A DNA stretch of 64,000 bases from Hormiphora californensis (GCA_020137815.1 CM035357.1:2232001-2296000), one strand, 5' to 3'; numbered from the stretch's first letter, positions 37,193-50,560 are shown. Program-made: numbers and translations. The notes: generated by a model from the sequence alone, not told the origin.

Positions 37193-40100
37193 GGAGAGAA
37201 AGAGAGATAGAGAGAGAGAGAGAGAGAAGCAAAGTGGGGGAGGAGAATAGAATGGATATGCTGGAGATTGAAAGATGAAATTGAGAAAGAAATGGATTTT
37301 CCGCCGTAAGTCACGGCTGTAATCGCTTTGATTTCTGATCTCTTTCTCTCTATCTCCCTCTCCATCTCTCTCCCTCTATCTCTCTCTCTAAATCTTCTCA
37401 TCCCCTGCCATTACATATGTACGGCATATGCATTATTATACCACTCGAGGAGAGAGAAGAAAGAATTTGAAATGCTACTACAAATGGAATAATGTCTCTC
37501 TGTAGCCCCGTATTATAAAAGGGGAGAGGGGGAAAAAGGGGATAATAGGGGGAAAAACAAAAGTAAAAGGGTTCCCTCTCCTTCTCTCTATCTTTCTTTT
37601 TCCCCTCTTTTGCTATCACCCTTTTTTTTTCTCTCTCCCCCCTTATTTCTCTTCCCCCTTTCTTTTCTTCAAAAAAAATGGGGAAAAAGGGGGGCTGATC
37701 TGAAAAAACTAAGAAAGCAAGTTTTTTACTCAGCCGCGTTATCCAACCCAAAAAACGACACTTTGAAATAAGTCCCCGGGGGGCCCCAAAAACAAAAAAA
37801 ATAGAGAGAGAGAAGAGAGAGGGGAGAGAGGAGGGGGAAGAGAGAAGAGAGGGAGAGGAAGAGGGGAGAGAGGGAAGAGGAGAGGGGAGGGGAGAGAGAG
37901 GGGAGAGGAGAGAAAAGGAGAGGGGAAAGAGAGAAAAAGGGGGGAACAATTTTTAAAAAAATTTTGTGTGACAAAAAGAGAAACCCCTCTCAAAAAACCG
38001 GGCCCAATCAGTAAAAAGGGGGGGAAAGAAAAGCCTCCCCAAACCCAAATCAAAAAAAAATCGTATCTGCCTTTGGGCCCTTTGGAAATTTAAAAACCCC
38101 CCAAATTTAAAGGGGACTTTGGGTTTCCCCAAAATTAGGAAAACCCGGAAAGTTGAGAGGTACTCCCCCCAAAGGGTTTTACCTGAGTACAAGAATTTTA
38201 CACACCATCAATAGTGGGGAAAAAAGGGAATTGGGGAAGTGGGGGGATAGTTTTTAAGTCAGTTTTTGGGATTTCCCCCCAAACCCCTCAGGGGAGCTCG
38301 CAATGAATTTTAAAATGGGGGTGGGGGAAGGGCCCACAAAAACAGTGAGAGATGGAATGAAAAGACATATTGAAAGAAAGAAATGGGGGGCGAGAAAAGA
38401 AATGAAGAAAAAAAAAGCCCAGAAAGAAAGGAAAAGGAAGCGAAAATGAAGGGGGGGAAAATGGGGGTGGTCAGAAATGCATGACTACGTGTGAGAAGAA
38501 TTGACACGTTGGGAATTATTCTTGTTAGGCCAAAGGGAATAACTTTTATAATGGGGCTCGTTTCTGAACTGTGAGCCTTGGAAAAAAACTGGAAAAATTA
38601 AATCAACAAAGTTGAAAAGCAAGCATGTTCATTTTCAATAAGAGAGAAGGGGGAGTAAAAAGTTTCCCAAACCTGATAAAGGTTTAAAATATGCCATGGA
38701 AGCCAAAATTGCTGAAAACGGGGGAGGAGGGGGGGGTTCCCAAAAAAAAAGTATCAAATGGGGAAAAATTGAGAAGTTTTCGAGAAAAAAAAAAGAAATA
38801 AAAGTTTGGGCCCTTTGGGGGAAATTTTCCAATTTTATCGTTTTCCCAGAAAAATGATCTTGGGAGGAGGGGCGGCATGGTATTTTGGGGGGGTTTTTTT
38901 CGCTTTGGGAGTACCAGGTGTTTTTCGGGTATGGGAACTTTCCAAGTATGCGGGGGGGGAGAGGGGAGAGAGAGAGGGGCGAGGAGAGAGAAGGGGGAAG
39001 GGGAGGGGAGAGGGGGGAGGGGAGGAGCGGGGGAAGAGAGAGGAGGGGGAGAGGGGAAAACGGAAAAAAAAGTAAACTAGTAAGTACCCAAGGAGAGTGC
39101 AGTTTGTTGCCGGGCGTGGTTTTTGGGCCTCCCCGGGGTTAGTTTTGCGAGTACACAAAATACTTTTCCCTTTTTCCCCCCTCTTTTTTCTCTCTTTTCT
39201 CTCTTTTTTCTCTTTTTCCCCCTTTCCCCTTTTTCTCTTCCCCGGGGGCAGATCTGATTTGATCGGAGTAGCTCTCAACGGACAATCATAAAAAACCAAG
39301 AGCAAACCCGGGGGGGACCAAAAATGGGGGGCAGAGAAAAAAAAAAAAGGGGGGGGGGCCCAACACGAAATAAAAACGGGAGAGGATTAAAAAACCCCGG
39401 AAAAAGGGGAGAAAATAAAGATAAGGAACGGTTATGGTTTAAGAGTGAAGTGAATTCAATTTTAAAAAAAAAAAAACTTGAAAAAAGAAAAGAACCCTTT
39501 AGAAAAAACCAAAGAAGGAAAGGGAAAGAGGGAAGTAAAAAGAGGGGGGTATGCCAAAAAAGGGGCCCTTTTTCCAAATAACAAAACCCAAAACCCGAGG
39601 AAAGGTAAAATGAAAAAGGGAAAAAAGGGGGGGGGGGGGGGAGAGGGGAGGAAGGTGCTTGGTGGTGTGGGGAAAAAGTTTTTTGGGGGGGTGAGGGGAA
39701 AATAGTATGGGGGGGGGTTGGGTGGGTTGTAACTGAGGGGGGGTGATAAACATGTTTACCCCCGGCTTTTCACAAAAGGGGAAAAAAAAGGCAGGGAAAC
39801 GTAATTTCACTGTGAGAGGGTTTATACTAACTAGTAGTATGGGTGTGAAGAACTCAGTTGGCCGAGGGGAGGGGTAGCTAGCTACCAAGTAGTAGCTGGT
39901 AAAATATCTCCAAAGGCCATGACTCAAAAGGCCCGCCTTACAACTTAAGAAGCGAATATATATATATATCAAAGATGTTCCAATATTGTTATGTTCTAAC
40001 CTTCGGAGCGCACAAACAGAGGGTCGATCGCTAGGCAAGTTCAATATATTGGGTGAAATGGTTCTGTGATGTTCCTGCAGGTCGAGAGCCAATAGATCCA

Positions 40101-40304
40101 TTTGGACGTTTCCCGTTTTAACAAACAATTGGCAAAGGAACAAAGCCAATATTATATGGGAAACACCATGATACTACGCGTGGCTAAATATTACAGAACA
40201 AGCCGGCCTGAGGACAAAGGCCTCCGTGGGCATGTTACAAGGGGTGTTGAAAAAGGGCTTCCCAGCTCCTTTTCACCTTCTCTCTCGTTCCTTTTGTGTC
40301 CTAA

Positions 40305-40341
<37 letters not shown>

Positions 40342-40438
40342 GGGGAAATGTTGCAAACGGGAAGCCGGAGAACAACCTTTGGGTGAGTAGTACCCTACTT
40401 TTATCAATTACTCTCTCCTTCTCTCAGTCCTTCTCTTT

Positions 40439-40494
<56 letters not shown>

Positions 40495-41791
40495 TCTTCT
40501 CTATTTCTCTCTCTCTCTCTCTCTTTCTTCGTTGTATGTCGAACTTGATATCATGTGAATGAATATGTAACATGTCACCGCTGATAGACACTTTAGAATC
40601 GGTTCATCACAAACAAGGGTAGATGGATGGGTGGGTAAAGAAGTAGAGAGAACTGCATCAAATGACAGATAAATCAACTGCATCAATGACAGATCAAGAG
40701 ATATTATAATCAAACTATATCAGATAGGATATAGATCAGTCATCAGATAGATCCTAGAGGGGCAGACTGGAGCCTAACAAGATGAGGAGATGAAAATGGG
40801 GCGCCAGACAAACGATCAGAGCTCAAAACAAAGGGGGAAGTGAGGGTCCAATACCTCACTACACCTTTTTATACACTTTCGCTCATACGTTTTGGCCCCC
40901 ATCTCCCTAACTCTCTCTCTCCAACCTCTCTCTTCTCTCTCTCTCTCTCTCTGCTCTCTCTCTCCTCTCATCTCTCTCTCTGCTCTCTCTCTCCTCTCTT
41001 CCTCTCTCCTTACGGACAACGTTACGACGGAGCCATCACGTGACTTCTACACAGTTTAAGGACGTGGGGAAAAAAAGAGAGAGGATACGGATAGAGGTGG
41101 AGTGGGAGAGGGATTTACAAAAGACTAGAGAGATACAGAAGACTGAGAGAGAGGGGGAAGAGGAGCTGGGGGAAGAGAAGGTGGAAGTTAAGGGGGGGTA
41201 CTGGTAATTGGGTCTCTCATGGAAGTGTGTACGTAACGTCGGAGCCCAGTGTCCTCCCTCCCTCTCTCTCCCTCCCTCTCCAAAGTCATACACAGCACTC
41301 AACAACAATGGTCCAGCATCGAGCAGTTTGGTAATTTGGGTCCGACACCCCAACAATTACAGGCATTGGGGGGGGGGACATTACCAGACACAGCTGTGAC
41401 ATATGAAACCAGACACCCGACTGGTAGCCAACTCCAGTAATCGGTAATCAATAAAACCCTCACGTAGAAGAGCGAGAGGAGAGAAGGAGAGGAGAGAGAG
41501 AGAAGAGAGAGAAGAGAACGAGAGAGGAAAACACAGTAAAGTAGAGAGATGGAAGGTCGAGAAGGGAGGATTGTAGAGTAACGAACCTAAGGACGGCAGA
41601 AAGTTTTTCTTNNNNNNNNNNNNNNNNNNNNNNNNNNNNNNNNNNNNNNNNNNNNNNNNNNNNNNNNNNNNNNNNNNNNNNNNNNNNNNNNNNNNNNNNN
41701 NNNNNNNNNNNAAAGAAGAGACATCGGGTGAATTTTTAAGCATTGACCTACAACATGACTTCCCACTATATGTCAATCTCCCCCCTCTCTA

Positions 41792-41863
<72 letters not shown>

Positions 41864-44800
41864 CTCCCCCATGTAATCTAGCCCGACCCCTCCCATACAG
41901 TTCAAAGGTAAAACAACAAATACATAAATTATGCACATATTAAATTTCCTTACTTCCATGTTTGGATGTCTTTGCGGAGTGAAATTGGAGGGCAACCAGG
42001 CGAGGATCTGCCCACGTTGTGGAACCATCGTTGTGACTGAGGGAGATTGTGTTATTGGAAGCGGGGCTGAGGGAGGGAGATTGTTCATTGTGTCAAACAG
42101 GTTAAATGTTTAGCGTTCTTTTGTTAAAAATCAGTGAGACAGGGTCGAGCAAGGGAAGGTTTAGGGTCTCGAGATATTTTGAGGTCTCGGAATATATCGA
42201 GAGGTCTAACCAACAGGAGATGTTGGAGGAGAACAAAACCAACTTGATATATAACACAAGTATAACAACCTACTTGATGAAATATTTCTGGCCGTATTGT
42301 GTGTACGCTACCTCCCATCCCGGTGGTAGTTTACCAAGCTGTCTCGGTCCCAACTGTTTACCCTGCTGGCGTGACGTCATCCTGAAGTCGAAGAAAGGGA
42401 GAGGTTTGTATGACGTCATGAGAGGTTTGTATGACGTCATGAGAGGTTTGTAATATGACGTCATCCTGATGTAGAGTGATTGTTAGGAGGAAATAATGTT
42501 ACAGACTGATTGCTAGGAAGTGGGAAAGTAATATTATTATTGGAGGATGTAGCCACAATGGACCACCAAAACAGGCTAAAAACACGACAAATCACCACCT
42601 AAACACCACCCAAATAGGTTCAAAAACACACGAGATAACGGAAGGCTGAAAACAACAAACTGACATGTAATTCCTAATGAGGTATCGAAGTACTAAATGT
42701 TCAGAATTGCATTTCCTATACTGTGTGAGTACTTAAACAACACTGCAGTGTGTGACAGCTGTCAAACCTTAGTAGAGTTGTTACTTTGCTGGTGATTGGG
42801 GAATGGGGAATAAGAGTTTCCGGGTGCAAAACAAGATTAATTTACGGTGCACTCAAGACTTGAAAGTTAAATAATAAGCAGATAATTATGAGAACCTTAA
42901 ATTTTGGTTTTAAACGATCAATAAAATATTCGAATAACGTATTCATGGAATCCAACCACTACATTTAGACTCACATTGTCGGATCGTAAGGATCAGGTTT
43001 TGGTGTTCCATATTTAAAGGAACCGTTTATACTGGACTCCAAAAGAAGCCCGCTCCGTTCCATCTCAGAAAACTCTTGCTCGCTCACAAACTGATAATCA
43101 ACCCCAGGACTCTCGTCAACACGTGGCGGTCTTGTTGTGCCTAGTAGCATAGGGGAGGAAGTGGTTAGTTGCCTAGCAACATGGGGAGGGGGTTAGTTGC
43201 CTAGCAACATGGGGAGGGGGTTAGTTGCCTAGCAACATGGAGGAAGGGGTTAGTTGCCTAGCAACATGGAGGAAGGGGTTAGTTGCCTAGCAACATGGAG
43301 GAAGGGGTTAGTTGCCTAGCAACATCAGGAAACGACCGAACCGGGTTTTTTTCCACCGAACCGAACCGAACCGAATTTGAAAAACTTTTTTACCGAACCG
43401 AACCGAACCGAACCGAACCGAATTTCGGTAATCGAACCGAACCGAACCATACAAAACTTTTTCTGTATAAATGTTTCTCTAAAAAGTCATGGAGAGCACC
43501 GATCAAGGTATTGAGAATCATTCTCTGAAATTTTGTTAAAAAATGTTTGAAAAAATTTCAAAGTCAATTTTGTGAAAAAAATTTCAAAGTCAATTTTATC
43601 GTAAATTTTCTATGTCAATTTTTGCGTACGAATCGTGTTTCGAATCGGCAATGCTATACGGGAATGGTATTGCTAATTAGCAGGATTAAACGAACCATGA
43701 TCTGAATCGTGTCTCTCTAAATTTCCTAATTAGATTTGATGGGGGATCACGTATCAGCACAATCCATCTCGGACCCACTAATTACCAACATCACTCCCGT
43801 TTAGCATTGTCGATTAGAAACACGATTCGTATACCATAATTTACTTAAAATATTTTTCACAAAAAAAATTTCACATAATTTCAGGTAATGATTCTCAATA
43901 CCTTGATCGATGCTCTCCATGAATTTTTAGAGAAACATTTAATTTTGTGAAAAAACTTTGTAAAATATTTCAAAAAGTCAATTTCGGAAAAAAAATATAT
44001 GTCAATTTTGCCGTACGAATCGTAGTAAGGGAATTAAGGGCCGTGACTGGGAAAAAATTCGCAACAAGCTAATTCCTTCACCAATGTGTCCCTAAGGGTC
44101 TCCACTAAGCCCCCAGAAAAGTGTAACACGCTGCCGGGTGTGCAACATGGTCATTTCCGGGTAGGCGTGGTACCTGTGTTTTGAGGCTAAGACTAAAAAC
44201 GTAAATACCCTTAGAAAAGGAGTAGAGACAAAATCAAGGACAGTAAAATGTTCAGCGTCCTCGCATTAGTGGGGGTAGGTGCTGGAATTAAGTCTCTATC
44301 TCATCTGGTTAATTAGATAATTGGATGATTAGGTTTGCGCATAACCGTTTTTTGGCTGTATGGCTATAGCCACTTAGGAATGGTTTAGAGACATTTCATT
44401 GGTGCCATTTTGTTCAGAAAAAAAATTTAATCCTAAGAAGTTGTGTAAAATATTAAGGCATATCTCTTACCGTTTTGGCGTTATTAGATTTCAAAGTAGG
44501 CCAAATCAGCCGAAAATGCCCAATAATGAGTTAATTGGCCTACTTTGACCGCAAATAACGCCAAAACGGTACGAGATAGGTCCTAAATTTTTACACAATT
44601 CTTAGTTTAAAATTTTTTTCTGAACAAAATGGCATGTATGAAAAGTCTCTAAACCATTCCTAAGTGGCTATAGCCATACAGCCAAAAAACGGTTATGCGC
44701 AAACCTAATTATCCAACTATCTAATTAACCAGATGAGATAGAGACTTAATTACAGCACCTACCCCCACTAATGCGAGGACGCTGAACATTTTAGTGTCCT

Positions 44801-46649
44801 TGATTTTGTCTCTACTCCTTTTCTAAGGGATATTTACGTTTTTAGTCTTAGCCTCAAAACACAGGTACCACGCCTACCCGGAAATGACCATGTTGCACAC
44901 CCGGCAGCGTGTTACACTTTTCTGGGGGCTTAGTGGAGACCCTTAGGGACACATTGGTGAAGGAATTAGCTTGTTGCGAATTTTTTCCCAATCAGGGCCG
45001 AAATCTGCCAATAATTCCCTTACTATCGTGTTGCGAATCGGTGATGCTATGCGGCAGTGCTCTCGCTAATTAGCAGGATTTATTGAAACATGAATCGCTT
45101 CCCCTAAACTTCCTAATCAGATTTGATGGGGGATCACGTATCAGCATAATCCATCTCGGACCCACTAATTAGCAACATCACTCCCGCTTAGCAATACCGA
45201 TTCGAAACACGATTCGTACGCAAAAATTGACATAGAAAATTTTCCATAAAATTGACTTTGAAATATTTTCCAAACTTTTTTACAAAATTTCAGAGAATGA
45301 TTCTTAACACCTTGATCGGTGCTCTCCATGAATTTTTTGAAAAAAAAGTTTCTGAATTTGTTGACCCTCTCATGAGGACACGATTCGACGGGAAGTCAGG
45401 TATCAAATCAATCCATATCGAACCCGCTAACTAGCGAAATCATTTCCACATAGCACCACCGATTCGAAATAGGGTTAATACGGCGAAATTGACATTGAAA
45501 TCCATACAATTTTCGTGAAATAATTGGAAAATTTTGCATGAAAAAGCCCGATTTCTGGGCATTTTCTGACCAAAAAATTCGGTGGTTCGGCCAAAATTTC
45601 CTACCGAACCGAACCGAACCGAACCGCCCAAAAAACACCGAATTTCCGAACCGAACCGAACCGAACCGAATATTCGGTCGCTTCCTGAGCAACATGGAGG
45701 AAGGGGTTAGTTGCCTAGCAACATGGGGGAAGGGGTTAGTTGCCTAGCAACATGGAGGAAGGGGTTAGTTGCCTAGCAACATTATGTAGAGAATATGGGG
45801 AAAACGTAAGATATTTATTCTAGTTAGGAACCACCATACTATCGTATACATTAGCTAACTTAGTTAGTTAGTATCTATAAAGTCAACTGCAAGCTGATGA
45901 TGACGTGTAACAGTGAAACACAGTACAGCTTGGCAGAGTTGGGAAATAGAGAGAGAGGCTACTACTACAGCCTTTCTATTGGAAACACACTCTAATGGAG
46001 TTTGGACAGGTTTTTTAGAGAAAATGTAATTATGACAGCTAGAAATGTTTCTATAGCGACTCGGATTATAGGACATCCTGCACAATATATTTTATATGGT
46101 AATTCATTATGAGACTGAGAGGAAACTAAATTCAACGTTAGGTAGAGCACAGATACAACAAATTAGGTCATATTTTGTTGAGCCAAGTCATATTAGGGAA
46201 GTTTGAATTGTTCATACTTCACTTTCAAGTGACTCAAAGTAGCAGCCATAAACTTTGAGGTGTTCTCTCAACAAGTACAGACGTACAGGCGGCGTCATGA
46301 GACAGCACGAAAAGCTTTGAAATGGGATATAGGGCACCTGACATGTTCTAGATGTTTTTCAGACAGGTCACATATATACTGAGGTGACAAAATTAAGAAA
46401 CAACAAAGAGTGCAAAAATTGAAAGGCGGACGGAGGAAGATGCCGAATATGTTTAGTCAGAAATATGATTATCTTATTGAGCTAGCAAGTCCGTCGTCTA
46501 GTCTTTAGTCGGAGTCTTATAGGACATTTATAACGACATTTAAGCGGTCAACTAATACTGAGAGGAAGAGATGCAATAATAATGTGCGCTTAAGTCATCT
46601 GAGACTCATGTTATATGGTACATATTGTAATATATGTACATTTATCCCT

Positions 46650-46692
<43 letters not shown>

Positions 46693-46969
46693 CCCCTCTC
46701 TCCCCCCCCTCTCTCTCTCTGCCTGACTCTTATCGAAAGCTTGGGATGTTGGACACCTGCTGAGCAACCCACATACGAGGGTTCAACAAGAACAGTGGCA
46801 TATTATATGTACCTATATGGAGAGACGGAGAGACATATTTAGAATGGTAATGATAGAGACAGGTATATTGAGTAAAATATAGCGAGATAGAATAGACAGA
46901 AAAGGTAGCACAGGATTCAGCATGACGATAGCATAAATCCCACATGTTTTATAGGGATTACAACAATCA

Positions 46970-47056
<87 letters not shown>

Positions 47057-47987
47057 GAGAGAGAGAGAGAAAAGCGAGGGGGATGGAAAATAGACAACGC
47101 ACACGTGACGGAGAAAAATATGGATAGCTAGGAAAAGAGAGATAGAATGAGAGTGAGGTGGTAATATGAGCAGCTCATGAACGCTCTAAGAGAGATAGAG
47201 AGATAGATAGATAGAGATGGAGAGAGATAGTATGATCACAAATAGCATTAACTGTGTGCATATGCTAATGAGCTCCCTTTCTCATCCTCCTAAAGACTCT
47301 CCCTCCCCCTGCTCTCTCTCGGTGCGGAAATGAAGAGACAGGAATAGTAGCACAACAACAGATCCTCTCCTCTCTTCTTCTCTCCTCCATTCTCCTCTCC
47401 CTCTGGAACTGTAGATGATGCTGTAATAGCACAACAACAGGAGCCTCTCCGATCCTGCTCTCCTCTCTTGGGTCTCCTTCTCTTTATCTGCTGCAGTGGA
47501 ACTATGTAGATACTGCTGTAATGCAGCTAGTAGATGCAGCACATTAAAGAGAGAGAACAGAGTAGGCATTTTCTTGAAAAATTATCTAGGTAGATGGTAA
47601 AGTAGCACATCTGCAGACCTCCTTCTCATTTTCATGTGTCTAGATGGCAGATGCTGCTCTAATAATATGACACAATATCAGTTCTCTGTTCTGTACTCTT
47701 CTCCAACTCTATCGTCAGCTCCAATTATATAGGACGTGTGATCAGATAGTACCCTCAGCACGAGGTGTGGCAGTCCGTTGACAGACTCAACAAAAGAATG
47801 ATGGATTGCGATGTATGAAATGAGAGAAGGATATGGAGAGAGGTAAAGAAGGAGAGAAAGAGAGGAGCTGAACTGTTTAAACTGGGTAAGCCATGGACAA
47901 TCTTGGAAATGATATGACACAAGTCACAATGAATGTACACACACATATTTATGGAATGAAGGGGGAATGTGAGATGAAGGGAGAGGG

Positions 47988-48059
<72 letters not shown>

Positions 48060-50560
48060 GAACACTGAAGAGATAGACACACAGATGGATGAAGAACGCT
48101 AAACTAAGAGAGATGTAATTATAGAATGTTGAGATGACTATCATATGATAGAGAGAAATTCAGAGAGACAAAGATATGCCCCACTAATGACCATGCAAAT
48201 GGGGGTCCTGGGAGAGATGGAATGAAGAGTTATGGGGGGCAAGTAGGGAGCTTGATCAGATTCTCACGTAACACAAAACTTGGTTACGAAATAACCCATC
48301 CTACATTGTAAAGCGCGCTGACAAGGGATGGGTTAAGCTCTTCGTTACCAAGTACAAAAAAACATACGTCTACTGTAGAAGTAGATCAATAACTTGAAAC
48401 TGGGCGGAGGCTACCTTAATAAAATGGCCACTGAAAAGCCACAAGAAGGAAGTTGGCTGCGGTTTAAAAAGTAGGGTACAATATGTTATACAACAAAAGT
48501 GCCCAACAAACCTATTATAATATCACCCTGTAAACTTTACTACATCCCCTGCTAATGCAGCATTCCAAGCGGTCGCTTTGCAACAGGGAAAAGGATGTAA
48601 ATTACAAAGGACCCCTTCCCCATTATTATAACACACTATCTCACTCTCGACTCTCTCTCTCCCTTAGTTAATGTAACAATCTTACTCTCAACAATATGTG
48701 TTCTCATCGGCACAATATTTACCCACTATTAAATATATTCTCTCGCCTCTAAAAGGGACACACTAACGGAAAAGCTAAATATATGTACAAGCACAATGTG
48801 TCATTTGGGGTGGGTAACGAATAGCCCTCTGTTTGGGCAGATGTGTAACAACTCTCTCTATCTCTCTATCTCTCTCTATCTCAGGAACACTGCCTCTCTC
48901 TCGTCCCCTTGATTGAGTTATGGCACCCCGAGTCCTTGTAGTAGGAAAATGAAGCACACACTTTGTACCAAACTACCAAATTTCTCTCTCTCTCTATTTT
49001 CCTCTTTCTCTCTCTCCCACCCTCTTTCTCTCTATCTTTCTCTCTCTCTGTTATTTCCTCAAACTCATACCACCCCGCACCTTTGAGCCAAATTTGACAC
49101 TACCCTCCCCCGGGCCAAAATGAACTTTGTATCGCGTGTATATCCCCTTCCGGTGTCCAGAAAACATGGTAATTTAAACTTGTTACCAAAATACTCCTTT
49201 TCCGGAGAGGTTGGGTGCCAATTAGAAAATCTCAAAAGAAATAGTCTCGATTTACCCGGTCTCTCGATTTAGAAGACGCAAAGTTTCCCTATAAATTTCA
49301 AATGGTCACCAATTATCTAACCCTTTCCCTTGACAAACCCGGTAATTCTATTGTAATTTTTTGAAGGATATAATCTTTGGGCAAGTAAAACATAAAACGG
49401 GTCAAAACGGGCTAAACTAAAAGTGGGGCCGATCACCGAACCAAAATTTACCCAATTTACTCACATGGAACTACTTTATTGTAGATGTTGTGCCGGACAA
49501 CTTTCTGGAGCTTGCAGTCCTCGGTCTCTTCATCTCGCTCCAATGCTAGAAACTCCCGGAGAGATAGAGGGAGACCGGAATCTGAAATTGATAGAATAGA
49601 AATAGAGAGAGGGAGAAACTAGAAATAGGGATAGATGGGTAAAGGGTTGCTTTATTCTGAGAGCAATATCGTTAGAGAATAACAAGATATTAACAAGCTT
49701 GAGAGACGGGCTGCAGGCTGCTCCCAGACCCCAGGTGTCGCCGGGGGTCGTGAGAAAGTTGAATAACGTGTGAATTCATTGAGGATCGCGGTAGACCGTG
49801 GGAAAGTGCGCGGCTGCGCGCGCAAAACACTGGCGAATGAGACTCGGAACTTTCCTCACATCCCAGTCGCATGTCTGCTAGTCGTCGAAGAGACGTCCAC
49901 GTGCGAGCGGCGGGTTTCAACTGTAACACAAAAGCGTTGTTGCCGCGGTATGTTGCCACACGTTAGACATAACAATAAACTGTGTCAATTGGTTAGCGTG
50001 TATAACACATGGTGAGAGAGAGAAGGGTGATAAGTGTACCATTTACTGTGGTAATATACAGACCCAAATACCTAACAAAATTGCATTTTCCCATTTCAAT
50101 TTCAACCCCCCTTTCTAGTTTCTACCTCAAAACTTACTTTCAGACACAAGAACAAGTGACAGGAGACTCCCTGATCTTCGTATCTCGCACAACAAATCCC
50201 AGTGAATAAGCCCGGCAACTCCATCCCCATTAACTTGTATAATAATGTCCCCAGGGGAAACATGCCCCTGAGCAACTATCACCGTATCTCGGACACTGCC
50301 CACATAACAGAACTGGCCTGGAAGAGAAGGTTTGTGAGGCATGTTAGGAGTCATAAAACAACAGAAATATATTCTCTAGCTAAACTAGCATGGTTCATGA
50401 CGACGAGCTAAACCAGAGTGTGAAAACGATCGATTTTTAATTTGGAAGTCGCTAAATTACCTTTGTCAGATCCTCCCTCGATTGAAATTCCAAAGGAGCC
50501 ATCGGAAGAGCGGGAGAGTTTTACGGTTTTCACCGCAAGCTCCCACTGAGCTAACACCAT
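26242..50560 (-). CDS. MAGI: MAGI (membrane-associated guanylate kinase, inverted): PDZ0-GK-WW-WW-PDZ1-5, about 17 visible exons; one WW2 exon probably runs into the N gap; one apparent 1-bp indel near 29968
   Basis: Exons: 50560-50461 (MVLAQWELAVKTVKLSRSSDGSFGISIEGGSDK), 50317-50139, 49581-49464 (VVRHNIYNKVVP), 43140-42975 (CTTRPPRVDESPGVDYQF..YGTPKP), 42381-42274 (LPPGWEVAYTQYGQKYFI), 42036-41955 (NHNDGSTTWADPR), 32114-32027 (HLNKRTTTQHP), PDZ exons with GFGF motifs from 31843 to 28681, then 26724-26578 and 26426-26242. Confidence 0.93.
27560..28145. repeat. Tandem ~163-bp repeat, about 3.6 copies with alternating variants, inside a larger repetitive insertion (approx. 26940-28210) in a MAGI intron
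   Basis: CGATTTATGGGGG recurs near 27579, 27742, 27904 and 28067. It is followed alternately by TCTTACTCGGGACAAA and TCGTCCCC(C)GACAAAAAGTCG. Confidence 0.85.
28213..28645. repeat. ~90-bp near-perfect inverted repeat flanking a ~250-bp purine-rich spacer (MITE-like or local inverted duplication)
   Basis: AATTAAGTCCAAAAACC...GGCTACTGTCATAA (28213-28303) is the reverse complement of 28555-28645 with one mismatch. Confidence 0.85.
32399..33417 (-). CDS. Alternative first exon of MAGI (about 340 aa, Pro/Gln/Asn-rich), or first exon of a PDZ-only gene product
   Basis: Long ATG-initiated ORF ending at donor GG|GTGAGT (32398) in phase 2, which matches the phase of the next MAGI exon (32114). CCAAT box and CACGTG lie 75-105 nt upstream. 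Confidence 0.75.
37400..39800. other. Low-quality, homopolymer-inflated sequence (probable unpolished read); similar stretches at about 10380-10800, 12100-12620, 13690-15290, 33660-34330 and 47300-47700
   Basis: Inflated A/G/C/T runs and degraded (AG)n tracts. 33730-33820 and 34200-34310 are the same sequence differing by many single-base indels. Confidence 0.75.
41612..41711. other. Assembly gap (100 N)
   Basis: Run of N. Confidence 1.
43141..43325. repeat. ~27-30-bp minisatellite (GTTAGTTGCCTAGCAACATGGAGGAAGGG) continuing at 45688-45781, split by a transposon
   Basis: About 6 copies left and about 3 copies right of the inserted element. Confidence 0.9.
43326..45687. mobile_element. hAT-like non-autonomous element with 8-bp TSD and (ACCGA)n subterminal repeats, in a MAGI intron
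   Basis: TIR CAGGAAACGACCGAA / TTCGGTCGCTTCCTG. TSD AGCAACAT at 43318-43325 and 45688-45695. No ORF. Confidence 0.92.
44024..45024. mobile_element. ~1-kb almost fully palindromic foldback element nested in the hAT-like element
   Basis: Ends AGTAAGGGAATTA / TAATTCCCTTACT. Arms of about 480 bp with a centre near 44505-44535. Flanked by ATCGT on both sides. An empty-site version (CGTACGAATCGTGTTTCGAATCGG) is present at about 43625. Confidence 0.92.

Noticed and set aside
37398-40149. Many overlapping Phe/Pro/Lys/Gly-rich ORFs
   Set aside because: Products of homopolymer-inflated low-quality sequence.
43141-43325. Regular ~30-bp repeats resembling a CRISPR array (also 58914-59125)
   Set aside because: No unique spacers, eukaryotic intron context and no cas genes.
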